NCBI GenBank assembly: GCA_040879985.1
Contig: JBBDJH010000004.1
Coordinates: forward strand, 14,115 to 78,114
DNA: 64,000 nt
From: Solirubrobacterales bacterium
Lineage (GTDB): Bacteria; Actinomycetota; Thermoleophilia; Solirubrobacterales; 70-9
Direction of reading: 5' to 3'
Shown: piece by piece, positions 17,479 to 26,440 of the stretch
How positions within the stretch are numbered: the stretch's first letter is position 1
Layout of the letters: each line of letters begins with the position of its first letter
The notes under the pieces: model-generated
What the model was told of the DNA's origin: nothing
Database searches by the model: none
The model's input: the letters and a program-made list of their open reading frames with translations, nothing else
Translations under genes and position numbers: made by a program

Positions 17479-18231
17479 ATGGTGCTCTCGGTCCGCGCCA
17501 TTTCCCATGCCTACGGCGAGCTGGAGGCAATCGAGCGCCTCGACCTCGAGCTTCCCGCGCACGGCGTGCTCGGCCTGGTGGGTCCTTCGGGGTGCGGCAA
17601 GTCGACCCTGCTTGAGCTGATCGCCGGCCTGCGCCAACCGAGCGCCGGCGAGATCGAGGTCGGCGGCGCCGGCGCGCCCGCCGAGCGGCTCGCCCGCTGC
17701 GCCTTCATGCCGCAGCGCGACATGCTGCTGCCCTGGCTCGCCGCGATCGACAACGCGGCGCTGGCCCTGCGCAACCGCGGCGTCCGCCGCGCCGCCGCGC
17801 GCGCCGAGGCGGGCCGGCTGTTCGAGCAGTTCGGCCTCGCCGGCTTCGAGCGCGCCCGGCCGGCCGAGCTCTCCGGCGGGATGCGCCAGCGGGTCGCCTT
17901 CCTGCGCACGCTCGTCGCCGGCAAGCCGGTGCTGGCCCTCGACGAGCCGTTCGCCGCGCTCGACGCGATTACCCGAGCCGAGATGCAGGCCTGGCTCGCC
18001 GCCGCGCTGGCGACCGACCCGCGCACCGTCGTCCTGGTCAGCCACGACGTCGAGGAGGCGCTCTACCTCTCCGACCGCGTCGTCGTCCTCTCGGGGCGCC
18101 CGGCGCGCGTCGTCACCGAGCTGAGCGCGCCGGCGCCGCGCACGCCCGACCGCGACGCCGCGGTCACCGACCCGGCCTTCGTCGCCACCCGCGAGCGCGC
18201 CCTCGCCGCCCTGCACAGGGGCTCGCGATGA
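17479..18231 (+). CDS. ABC transporter ATP-binding protein (nitrate/sulfonate/taurine type)
   Basis: Walker A GPSGCGKST, signature LSGGMRQR, Walker B LALDEPF. Confidence 0.9.
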   Translation: MVLSVRAISHAYGELEAIERLDLELPAHGVLGLVGPSGCGKSTLLELIAGLRQPSAGEIEVGGAGAPAERLARCAFMPQRDMLLPWLAAIDNAALALRNRGVRRAAARAEAGRLFEQFGLAGFERARPAELSGGMRQRVAFLRTLVAGKPVLALDEPFAALDAITRAEMQAWLAAALATDPRTVVLVSHDVEEALYLSDRVVVLSGRPARVVTELSAPAPRTPDRDAAVTDPAFVATRERALAALHRGSR

Positions 18232-18980
18232 GCCGCTGGCTGCCTCCGGCGCTGACCCTCGCGGCGCTGATCGGCGTCTGGCAGGTCGCCGCGTCGACCG
18301 GCGCGCTCGCCGACGTGCTCGGGCTCGAATCCTTCCTCGTCCCCTCCCCGGCGGAAATCGGCGCGGCGCTGTGGGAAAGCCGCTCGCTGCTTGCCGAGAA
18401 CGCCTGGGTGACGCTGCAGGAGATCCTCCTCGGCTTCCTCTGCGGGCTCGTCGCCGGGCTCGGCTTCGCCGTCCTGCTGCGCCTCTCGGCGACGCTGCGG
18501 CGGGCCTTCTACCCGCTGATGGTCGCCTCGCAGGCGGTCCCGATCATCGTCATCGCGCCGATTCTGGTCGTCTGGTTCGGCTTCGGCATCGGCCCCAAGC
18601 TGGTCGTCGTGGCGCTGCTCTGCTTCTTCCCGATCGCGGTCGCAACCGCCGACGGGCTGCGCTCGGTCGACCCCGAGGCGATCAAGATGATGCGCACCCT
18701 CGACGCCTCGCGGCGCCAGGTCCTGCTGCGGGTCGAAGCGCCGGCGGCGCTTCCCTTCGTCTTCAGCGGCGCCAGGATCGCCGCCGCCTTCGCCCCGATC
18801 GGCGCCGTCTTCGGCGAGTGGGTCGGCGCCGACTCCGGCCTCGGCCACATGATCCTGCAGGACAACGCGCAGCTGGAGACGGCGCGGCTGTTCGCCGCCG
18901 CCCTCGTGCTCGCCGCGATCGCCCTCTCGCTTTTCGGCCTGCTGGCACTCGCAGAGCGCCGCATCGTCACTTGGCGATAG
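18228..18980 (+). CDS. ABC transporter permease (BPD_transp_1)
   Basis: 4-nt overlap with the ATPase gene. Six TM helices and an EAA-like loop (TLDASRRQVLLRVEAPAALP). Confidence 0.9.
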   Translation: MSRWLPPALTLAALIGVWQVAASTGALADVLGLESFLVPSPAEIGAALWESRSLLAENAWVTLQEILLGFLCGLVAGLGFAVLLRLSATLRRAFYPLMVASQAVPIIVIAPILVVWFGFGIGPKLVVVALLCFFPIAVATADGLRSVDPEAIKMMRTLDASRRQVLLRVEAPAALPFVFSGARIAAAFAPIGAVFGEWVGADSGLGHMILQDNAQLETARLFAAALVLAAIALSLFGLLALAERRIVTWR

Positions 18981-19012
18981 AAGTCAACCCCGCAACACGA
19001 CCGAAGGAAGAG

Positions 19013-20041
19013 ATGAAGAACAAGCGTTCAGGCAGAAATCGTCACGGTTGGCAGATCGCCGCAATCGCGATCGTCGCCGCCGCGGCGGCCCTCGGACTCG
19101 CCGCCTGCGGTGAGAAGAGCGAGGACGGCGGCGGCACGGCGAGCGAGCCGTTCAGCCTGACGCTCGACTTCTACGCCAACCCCGACCACGCCGGGATCTA
19201 CATGGCGCAGAAGCTCGGCTACTTCGAGGACGCCGGGCTCGACGTCTCGATCCAGACCCCCTCCGACCCGGCGGCGCCGACCAAGCAGGTCGCCGCGGGC
19301 CGCACCGACCTGGCGATCTCCTACGAGCCCGAGGTCCTGCTGGCGCACGAGCAGGGGCTCGACGTGATCGCCGTCGGCGCCCTCGTCGACCGCCCGCTGA
19401 CCTCGATGATCTGGCTGGAGAAATCCGGGATCGGCGGCATCGCCGGCCTGCGCGGCAAGACGATCGCGACCGCCGGGATCCCCTACCAGGACGCCTACCT
19501 GGAGGCGATCCTCGCCCGCGTCGGGATGACGCCGGCGGACGTGAAGACCGTCAACGTCGGCTACGGGCTGCTGCCGGCGCTGGTCGGCGGCAAAGCGCAG
19601 GCGATGCTGGGCGGCTTCCGCAACATCGAGGGCGTCGACCTGCGCCTGCGCGGCAGGGACCCGGTCGTCACCCCGGTCGACCAGCTCGGCATCCCCACCT
19701 ACGACGAGCTCGTCCTGCTCGCCAACCGCGGCCGCCTCGACGAAAACGCGGAGAAGATCCGCCTTTTCCTCGGCGCGCTGGCGCGCGGCACCGCGGCGGC
19801 CGCCGAGAACCGCACCGCGACCACCGAGGCGCTGCTCGAGGCGAACCCCGACCTCAACCCGCGACTGACCGCGGCCGAGGTCGTCGCGACCCTGCCGCTG
19901 CTCTCCAGGACCGGCCGCATGGACCCGGCGAAGTGGGAGGCCTTCATCGCCTGGATGCGCGAGAACGGGCAGCTCTCGAGCCGCCCGGACACCGCCGAGG
20001 TGCTGACCAACGAGTACCTAGCGGGCGAGATCCCCGAGTAG
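19013..20041 (+). CDS. ABC substrate-binding lipoprotein, NMT1/THI5-like (ThiY/SsuA type)
   Basis: Trimmed to MKNKRSG.. with lipobox LGLAACG, preceded by GAAGGAAGAG. The segment TLDFYANPDHAGIYMAQKLGYFEDAGLDV is typical of NMT1-like binding proteins. Confidence 0.85.
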   Translation: MKNKRSGRNRHGWQIAAIAIVAAAAALGLAACGEKSEDGGGTASEPFSLTLDFYANPDHAGIYMAQKLGYFEDAGLDVSIQTPSDPAAPTKQVAAGRTDLAISYEPEVLLAHEQGLDVIAVGALVDRPLTSMIWLEKSGIGGIAGLRGKTIATAGIPYQDAYLEAILARVGMTPADVKTVNVGYGLLPALVGGKAQAMLGGFRNIEGVDLRLRGRDPVVTPVDQLGIPTYDELVLLANRGRLDENAEKIRLFLGALARGTAAAAENRTATTEALLEANPDLNPRLTAAEVVATLPLLSRTGRMDPAKWEAFIAWMRENGQLSSRPDTAEVLTNEYLAGEIPE

Positions 20042-22327
20042 GTCGAAGGCGTTCTCGCGCAGCAGCCCGGTCACCTTCTCGGCGGTGAGCGGGCGCGAGA
20101 AGAGGTGGCCCTGGGCGTAGTCGCAGCGGAGCCGGCGCAGCTCCGAGAGCTGCGCCTCGTTCTCGACCCCCTCGGCGATCGCGTCGAGTGAGAGGGCGCG
20201 GGCCATCCCGATCACCGCCTCGACGATCGCCGTGCGCTCCTGCTCGATGCCGAGGCCCTCGACGAAGGAGCGATCGATCTTCAGCGCGTCGAAGGGGAAG
20301 CGGTTGAGGTAGGCGAGCGAGGAGTAGCCGGTGCCGAAGTCGTCGAGGACGAGGCGGACGCCGATATCGCTGAGCTCCTCGAGGGTCGCTGTGGCGCCGG
20401 CCGACTCGCCGACGAGCGCGCTCTCGGTCACCTCGAGCCGCAGGTTGACCGGCTCGAGCCCGGTGCGGGCGAGGATCTCGCGCACGGTCGTGGCCAGGTC
20501 GCGGTGCGCCACCTGGCGCGCCGAGAGGTTGACGGCGACGTCGAGCGGGCGCTGGTCGGGGCGCAGCTCGTGCCAGCCGAGCGCCTGGCGACAGGCGGTC
20601 TCCTGCACCCAGCGGCCGATCGACTCGATCAGGCCGCTGTCCTCGGCGACCGAGACGAACTCGCCGGGGTCGAGCAGGCCGCGCTCGGGGTGCCGCCAGC
20701 GCACCAGCGCCTCGAGGCCGACGATCTCGCCGCTGCCCAGGCAGACCAGCGGCTGGTAGTGCAGCTCGAGCTCGTCGCGGTCGAGCGCGTGGCGCAGCTC
20801 GCGCTCGGTCTCGAGCCGGCGCAGCGCGTGGGCGCGCATCTCGGCGTCGAAGAGTTCGCAGCGGCCGCGGCCGCGCTCCTTCGCCCGGTACATGGCGGCG
20901 TCGGCGTCGCGGATCAACAGCTCGGCGTCGACCGGCTCGCTGCCGATCGGCCGGGCGATCGCGATGCCGACGCTGGCGGTGACGAAGTGGTCGGCGCCGC
21001 CCATCGAGTAGGGCTCCGAGAAGGCGCCCGCGACCCGGTCGGCGATCGCCAGCGCCTCGTTTTCGTCGCTGAGCCGGTCGACGAGGATGCCGAACTCATC
21101 GCCGCCGAAGCGGGCGACGAGGTCGCCGGGCCGCAGGTGGGCGCGCAGGCGCGGCGCGACCGCCTGCAGCAGTTCGTCGCCGGCGTGGTGGCCGATGCTG
21201 TCGTTGATCAGCTTGAAGTGGTCGAGGTCGAGGAAGAGGATGCCGACCGGCGAGCCCGAGGCGGTGCTGCGGTGCAGCGCGTCGCGCAGCGAGTCGACGA
21301 AGCTGAGTCGGTTGGGGAGGCCGGTGAGGGAGTCGTGCAGGACCCGATGGCGCAGCGCCTCGTCGGCGCTGTGGCGCTCCAGCGCGTCGGCCAGCACGTT
21401 GGCCGAGGCCTGGACGAAGTGGACGTCCTGGGGGGTGAAGCGGCTCGGCTCGGTGGAGTGGATGTCGAGCACACCGAAGGGGCGCTCCTTGCCGGCGATC
21501 GGCACGGCGAGGCTGCTGCGCACGTCGAGCACGCGCAGCGCCGGCGGCATCGAGTAGCGCCGCTCGCTGGACCAGTCGTCGACGATCACGTGCAGGCCCG
21601 ACTCCAGCGCCGCGCCGGCATGCGAGTCGCGCGCCGCCGAGGCGCGGCGCTCGGCGCCGCCGCCGCGCTCCTCGAGCCCGGCGCGCAGGTGCAGGCGGCG
21701 GCCCTCGCGGCCCGCCTCCCAGACGCAGGCCGCCTCGACGCCCTCGATCTCTGCCATCAGCGGCACCGCCTGCTTGGCGAGGCGCTGCGGGTCGCCGTCC
21801 TGCAGCGCGTGCCGGCCGAGTCGCGCCACCGCGGCCTGCTGGGCCGCCGCCCGGTGCAGCTCCTGCTCGGCGAGCTTGCGCTCGGTGATGTCGTAGAGGA
21901 CGCCGTGCCAGACCTGGATGCCGGCGTCGTCGGGCTCCAGCACCGCCTCGTCGAGGATCCAGACGACGGTGCCCTCGCGGCTGATCATCCGGTAGTCGAT
22001 CGGCGGCGCGTTGCAGCCGTCCCCGGCCGCCTTGCGCGTCTCCTGCTCGAGCGCGCTCGCGCGGTCCTCGGGATGGACTCGCGCGGCCCAGAGCCCCGCG
22101 TCGGCCATCCACTCCTCTGGGCTGTAACCGAGGATCTGCTCGATCTGGGGGCTGACGTAGCGCCAGCGACCGCGCTCGCCGAGCTCGCAGGAGTAGACGA
22201 TCGCGGGCAGGCGCTCGATCAGGCGGCGGTAGCCTCCGGCCGCCGAGGAGATCTCACCGAGGAACTCGGCGACGCGCTCTTCGGGCCAGCCCTCGCCCGT
22301 GGAGCCGATCTCGCCCGCGCGTTCCAT
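20018..22327 (-). CDS. PAS-GAF-GGDEF-EAL c-di-GMP signalling protein
   Basis: PAS (LPAIVYSC..YVSPQIEQILGYSPEEW), GAF (..SSLAVPIAGKERPFGVLDIH), GGDEF (RFGGDEFGIL), and EAL (LEALVRW, DDFGTGYSSL). Confidence 0.9.
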   Translation of the reverse strand: MERAGEIGSTGEGWPEERVAEFLGEISSAAGGYRRLIERLPAIVYSCELGERGRWRYVSPQIEQILGYSPEEWMADAGLWAARVHPEDRASALEQETRKAAGDGCNAPPIDYRMISREGTVVWILDEAVLEPDDAGIQVWHGVLYDITERKLAEQELHRAAAQQAAVARLGRHALQDGDPQRLAKQAVPLMAEIEGVEAACVWEAGREGRRLHLRAGLEERGGGAERRASAARDSHAGAALESGLHVIVDDWSSERRYSMPPALRVLDVRSSLAVPIAGKERPFGVLDIHSTEPSRFTPQDVHFVQASANVLADALERHSADEALRHRVLHDSLTGLPNRLSFVDSLRDALHRSTASGSPVGILFLDLDHFKLINDSIGHHAGDELLQAVAPRLRAHLRPGDLVARFGGDEFGILVDRLSDENEALAIADRVAGAFSEPYSMGGADHFVTASVGIAIARPIGSEPVDAELLIRDADAAMYRAKERGRGRCELFDAEMRAHALRRLETERELRHALDRDELELHYQPLVCLGSGEIVGLEALVRWRHPERGLLDPGEFVSVAEDSGLIESIGRWVQETACRQALGWHELRPDQRPLDVAVNLSARQVAHRDLATTVREILARTGLEPVNLRLEVTESALVGESAGATATLEELSDIGVRLVLDDFGTGYSSLAYLNRFPFDALKIDRSFVEGLGIEQERTAIVEAVIGMARALSLDAIAEGVENEAQLSELRRLRCDYAQGHLFSRPLTAEKVTGLLRENAFDLLGDLAR

Positions 22328-22357
22328 GCGGGCCTATCGGCAGCGGGCGGGGTTCCT

Positions 22358-23314
22358 TTATCTGTACAAGCCGATCGTCCAGATGCCCGCCAGGCCGCGG
22401 AAGGGCTCGTAGGGCGCGTAGAACTCCTCGACCTCCTCGACGGTGGCGCGGCGGCCGAGCCGGGCCAGGCGGCCGACCAGCTTGAGGAAGACCAGGTCGC
22501 CGGCCGGCAGCGAGTCGGGGTCGCCGCGCCCGAACAGGCCGAGGCACTGCACGGTCCAGGGGCCGATTTCGGGGATCGCCAGCAGCCGCCGGTCGGCGCC
22601 GGGCTCGCCGGGCGAGACCCGGCCGGCGGCGATCTCGCGGGCGACGGCGCGCAGGGCGACCGAGCGGCCGGGCGAGAGCTCCATCGCGGCCAGTTCGGCC
22701 GGCGCCCGGCCGGCGATCGTCGCCGCGGCCGGGACATCGCGCAGGGGGTGGTCGAGGTTTGAACCGCTATGCGACTCAAACCTCGACCACCCCCCGTTGC
22801 GATCGGGCTCGAGCCGCGCGCCCCAGCGGCCGACGATGCGGCGCTGGATGCGGGCGGCGCGCTCGCTCTCGATCAGCTGTTTGACGACGGCCCAGGCGAG
22901 CGCCTCCCAGGCCCAGGGCCGGCGCGCCGGCCGCAGCCAGGGCCGGCGACGCAGCAACGGGCCGAGCAGCGGGTCGCGGCTGAAGCGGCGGTAGAACTGC
23001 GTCAGGTCGTCATCGACCCCGAGCGCGAAGCGCATCCGCTCGATCGCCAGCCGCAGCTCGGCCTGGCCGGCGGGACGGCTGGCCGGCGAGGGGATCGAGT
23101 GCGGCGCGGCGACCGCCTCCGGGTCGAGCGGCTCGGCGCGCAGCGCGACCCGCCCGCCGCCCGGTTCCCAGGCCCGCACCAGGACGGGGCTCTCCCCCAC
23201 CCGCAGCAGCCGCGCGACAACCCCGCCGCCGGCCCGCATCACCCGGTCTTCGCTGCTGTAGCGGGGCAGCCGAAAGGGCGAAGCCGGCTTCGCCTCGACC
23301 GCGAGGCTCGTCAC
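22358..23314 (-). CDS. DNA-3-methyladenine glycosylase II-like (AlkA/HhH-GPD) carrying an in-frame repeat insertion
   Basis: HhH-GPD core PWEALAWAVVKQLI..AARIQRRIV.. then IPEIGPWTVQCLGLFGRGDPDSLPAGDLVF (HhH plus catalytic Asp). GTG start overlaps the upstream stop (GTGA). Confidence 0.75.
   Translation of the reverse strand: MTSLAVEAKPASPFRLPRYSSEDRVMRAGGGVVARLLRVGESPVLVRAWEPGGGRVALRAEPLDPEAVAAPHSIPSPASRPAGQAELRLAIERMRFALGVDDDLTQFYRRFSRDPLLGPLLRRRPWLRPARRPWAWEALAWAVVKQLIESERAARIQRRIVGRWGARLEPDRNGGWSRFESHSGSNLDHPLRDVPAAATIAGRAPAELAAMELSPGRSVALRAVAREIAAGRVSPGEPGADRRLLAIPEIGPWTVQCLGLFGRGDPDSLPAGDLVFLKLVGRLARLGRRATVEEVEEFYAPYEPFRGLAGIWTIGLYR
22744..22795. repeat. Family-A palindromic element, copy 2, inside the alkA-like CDS
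   Basis: GGGGGTGGTCGAGGTTTGAACCGCTATGCGACTCAAACCTCGACCACCCCC. It is translated in frame as GGWSRFESHSGSNLDHP. Confidence 0.85.
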
Positions 23315-23577
23315 TTGCCGAGCAGGTGCACGTCCACGAGAAACGAACGGCTGGCGACGACCTTGGGCTGCCGCTTGCGCCGGGGCAGCAACCGGCCCGG
23401 CGAGTTCTTCGCGGCGGCCCCCACAGCCCGCACAACCGCCACGGTAGCCGCGCCCAGGACGAGGCCACCGACCGCTGCTACCGCTGCCGTTCGCGCCTCG
23501 CCCTGCAAGGCAGGCAGGTTGGAGGGCTCACGCTCCAGAACACGGACTCGGACCGGCTCAAGCTCAAATTCACTCAT
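23311..23577 (-). CDS. Hypothetical small membrane-anchored protein
   Basis: Trimmed to MSEFELEPVRV... It has one hydrophobic helix (AAVAAVGGLVLGAATVAVV) and is translationally coupled to the alkA-like gene. Confidence 0.35.
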   Translation of the reverse strand: MSEFELEPVRVRVLEREPSNLPALQGEARTAAVAAVGGLVLGAATVAVVRAVGAAAKNSPGRLLPRRKRQPKVVASRSFLVDVHLLGK

Positions 23578-23645
23578 CGACCGACTGTAGCGGCAAGGCC
23601 AGCGCGACCCGCCATGAAAGCCGGAAACTGCGAGCAAGACAGGGT

Positions 23646-23748
23646 GATCCCGGTAGGGGTGGAACGTCTTGTACTTTTTCCGCGAAGACGACCTCGGACA
23701 GCCGCAATTTGTCTTCGGAAAAAGTTAAGTGGAACCCCTACCGGGATC
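23646..23748. repeat. Family-B nested-hairpin element, copy 1 (103 bp)
   Basis: GATCCCGGTAGGGGT GGAACGTCTTGTACTTTTTCCG .. GACCTCGGACAGCCGCAATTT .. CGGAAAAAGTTAAGTGGA ACCCCTACCGGGATC. About 95% identical to the copy at 27971-28079. Confidence 0.9.
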
Positions 23749-24888
23749 GCCCCCACCAAGTGCCTTTTCATAGATCCGGTACCGCTTGACGACGGTCCCC
23801 CCCATCCCCTCCATCGCCCGGTTCATCGCCTCGTTGGTCTCGAGGATCCAGCCGGTCTCGCCACCGGGCACGCCCTCGGGGCTGGCCGCCTCGAGGTGCT
23901 TGAGGTAGAGGCCGGCGGCGACGCCGCTGTGGCGGTAGGCGTCCTTGACCCCGAGCGCGAAGACCCGCACACGATCGATCCGGCGTTTGGCGAGCAGGAA
24001 CCTGGCCCAGCCGAAGGGCAGCAGGCGCCCGTTCGTCTTCGCCAGCGCCTGGTTGATATCGGGCAGGGTGAAGGCGACGCCGACCGTCTCGCCGTCCTTT
24101 TCGGCGATGAACCCCCAGTCCTCGTCGAGCACCTGCCTGAGCAGCTTGGCGTGGAACTCGATCTCGGCGTCGGTGGCGGGGACGAAGCCCCAGTTCTTCG
24201 ACCAGGCCTCGTTGTAAACCTCGCTGAAGCGACGCATCTCCGCCGGCAGGTCGCGCTTGCGGAAGTTGCGGATCGTCACACCTTCGTCGCTCAGCGCCTT
24301 GGTCGCCGCGGCGTGGATCTCGGGCGCGAACTGGTCGCCTTCCTTGAGCTCGCCGAGCTCGAGGTACCACATCAGCAGGTCCATCGCCTTGCCGTAGCCG
24401 AGCCGCTCGAGCAGCTCCCTGTAGAAGGGCGGGTGCCAGTTCTGCAGGATCATCGGCCGCAGCTCATGGCCCTCGATCAGGATCCCGACCTCGTCGTTGG
24501 TGGTGAAGTCCATCGGGCCGAGCAGGCGGCCGCGGCCGCGCTCGGCCAGCCAGGCCTCGGCGGCGCCGAGCAGGGCCGCCGCCACCGCCGGGTCGTCGAC
24601 CGTCTCGAAGAAGCCGAACATGCCGTCGCTGCCGCCCTGGGTGCGGTCCCATTCGCGGTCGATCTGGGCGCTGACCCGGCCGACCGGCTGGCCGTCGCGT
24701 TCGGCGACGAAGAGCTCGGCCTCGGCGTGCTCGAAGTAGGGGTTCTTGCCGCGGTCGAGGAACTGCATGCGGTCGAAGATCAGCGGCGGCACCCACTGCG
24801 GGTGGTCGCGGTGCAGGTGGAACGGCACCTTGACGAAGCGCTTCAGCTCACGCCGGGAGCGGACGGGGCGGATTTCGACGCTGGACAC
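23725..24888 (-). CDS. GNAT-like N-acyltransferase family protein (~390-aa type)
   Basis: MSSVEIRPVRSRRELKRFVKVPFHLHRDHPQWVPPL.. and an acetyltransferase-like C-terminal half (..VFALGVKDAYRHSGVAAGLY). The last ~8 codons and the stop lie inside repeat B1. Confidence 0.7.
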   Translation of the reverse strand: MSSVEIRPVRSRRELKRFVKVPFHLHRDHPQWVPPLIFDRMQFLDRGKNPYFEHAEAELFVAERDGQPVGRVSAQIDREWDRTQGGSDGMFGFFETVDDPAVAAALLGAAEAWLAERGRGRLLGPMDFTTNDEVGILIEGHELRPMILQNWHPPFYRELLERLGYGKAMDLLMWYLELGELKEGDQFAPEIHAAATKALSDEGVTIRNFRKRDLPAEMRRFSEVYNEAWSKNWGFVPATDAEIEFHAKLLRQVLDEDWGFIAEKDGETVGVAFTLPDINQALAKTNGRLLPFGWARFLLAKRRIDRVRVFALGVKDAYRHSGVAAGLYLKHLEAASPEGVPGGETGWILETNEAMNRAMEGMGGTVVKRYRIYEKALGGGDPGRGST

Positions 24889-24914
24889 GGCAGCCGGGAA
24901 CCTACACTCCCGGG

Positions 24915-26171
24915 ATGGACGAAACCGCCAGGACCCCCGTCGACGTGTTCGAGAAGGCGCGCAGCCACGAGCGGCTCGAGCAGCTCGAAGCGGCGAAGCA
25001 GCACGACCTGCTGCCCTACTTCCGCCTACTCACCTCGGAGGCCGGGCCGGTGGTCGAGATGGAGGGCCGCGAGACGATCATGCTCGGCTCCAACAACTAC
25101 CTTGGCCTGACCGGCGACGGGCGGGTCAAGGCGGCGGCGCGCGAGGCGCTGGAGACCTACGGGACCGGCGTCACCGGCTCGCGCCTGCTCAACGGGACGA
25201 CGCCGCTGCACGTCGAGCTCGAGCGCGAGCTGGCCGAGTGGATGGGGACCGAGGAGGCGATCGTCTACACGACCGGCTACCAGGCCAACGTCGGCTGCAT
25301 CGGCACGATCCTCGCGCCCGGCGACACGGTGATCTGCGACGCCGGCGACCACGCCTCGATCCTCGACGGCTGCAAGCTCTCCGGGGCGAAGCTGCGGCCC
25401 TTCCGCCACAACCGCATGGACAAGCTGGAGAAGATGCTGCAGCGGGCGGGCGAGGACGGCGGCGGCGTGCTGGTCGTCGTCGACGGGGTCTTCTCGATGG
25501 AGGGCGACGTCTGCGACCTGCCGCGGATCGTCGAGCTCTGCCGCGCCCACGGCGCCCGACTGATGGTCGACGAGGCGCACGGCGCCGGCGTGCTCGGCGC
25601 CCGCGGCGCCGGCGCCGCCGAGCTGTTCGGCCTCGAGGACCAGGTCGACCTGCGGATGGGCACCTTCTCGAAGAGCCTCGCCTCCTGCGGCGGCTTCATC
25701 GCCGGCCCGGCCGACGTGATCGAGTACCTGCGGATCGCCTCGCGCTCCTTCGTCTTCAGCGCCTCTGCGGTGCCGGCGGCGGTCGGCGCCGCGCTCGGCG
25801 CGCTGCGGGCGATCCGCGCCGACGGGCCGGCGCTGTTCGCGGCCCTGCTCGGCAACGCCGAGTACCTGCGCGAGGGGCTGCGCGGGCTCGGCCTGAAGGT
25901 GATCGAGCCCGGCCTGCTGCCCGACGGCACGGTGGCGACGACGCCGGTGGTGCCGGTGATCGCCGGCGACGACTGGCAGGCGGTACTGCTCTGGAAGGCG
26001 CTCTTCGAGGCCGGCGTCTACACCAACGTGGCGATCCACCCGGCCGTGCCGCCCGGCGGAGCGCTGCTGCGGACCAGCGTGATGGCGACCCACGAGCGGG
26101 CCCACCTCGACCGGGCGCTGGAGACGATCGCCCGCACCATTGAAGACTTTCCTGAGCTTCCAAGTACGTGA
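24915..26171 (+). CDS. PLP-dependent alpha-oxoamine synthase (AONS/KBL/serine palmitoyltransferase family)
   Basis: Class-II aminotransferase fold with the PLP-lysine motif GTFSKSLASCGGF and DEAHGAGVLG. Confidence 0.9.
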   Translation: MDETARTPVDVFEKARSHERLEQLEAAKQHDLLPYFRLLTSEAGPVVEMEGRETIMLGSNNYLGLTGDGRVKAAAREALETYGTGVTGSRLLNGTTPLHVELERELAEWMGTEEAIVYTTGYQANVGCIGTILAPGDTVICDAGDHASILDGCKLSGAKLRPFRHNRMDKLEKMLQRAGEDGGGVLVVVDGVFSMEGDVCDLPRIVELCRAHGARLMVDEAHGAGVLGARGAGAAELFGLEDQVDLRMGTFSKSLASCGGFIAGPADVIEYLRIASRSFVFSASAVPAAVGAALGALRAIRADGPALFAALLGNAEYLREGLRGLGLKVIEPGLLPDGTVATTPVVPVIAGDDWQAVLLWKALFEAGVYTNVAIHPAVPPGGALLRTSVMATHERAHLDRALETIARTIEDFPELPST

Positions 26172-26440
26172 GCGGCTATGCATACCCCAGCGGGGGTAGT
26201 TTCCGGCCCGGCCGATTCCGAGCGAGGCCGGCTCCGCACGAAAAAGATGCTCTTAGCGGGCGGGGCGGGGGCGATTCGCTCGGCGCGGGGTTGACGGTCG
26301 AGGCCCCCAGCACGTAGCTTGACCCCTCGCCGCGGATCCGGGTGAGGAGGACGCGGCGGCGACAGTTCAAGCGACCGAGCCGGGGCAGGCCCGGCCGGTG
26401 CATGGCACCAGTCAAGAAAACCCTAGAGGGAGGACTCCCA

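Noticed and set aside
26190-26270. Possible degenerate repeat copy upstream of the mIHF-like gene (GGCCGATTCCGAGCGAGGCCGG and CGAAAAAG; GCCGATTCCG is shared with the B3 outer arm).
   Set aside because: I could not draw a convincing long hairpin or the paired oligo-T arm. The similarity is limited to about 10-nt strings.
26285-26325. Sigma-70-like promoter TTGACG-(17)-TAGCTT upstream of the mIHF-like gene.
   Set aside because: It is a plausible hexamer match, but such matches cannot be distinguished from chance by eye, and actinobacterial -35 elements are poorly conserved. I did not list it as a feature.
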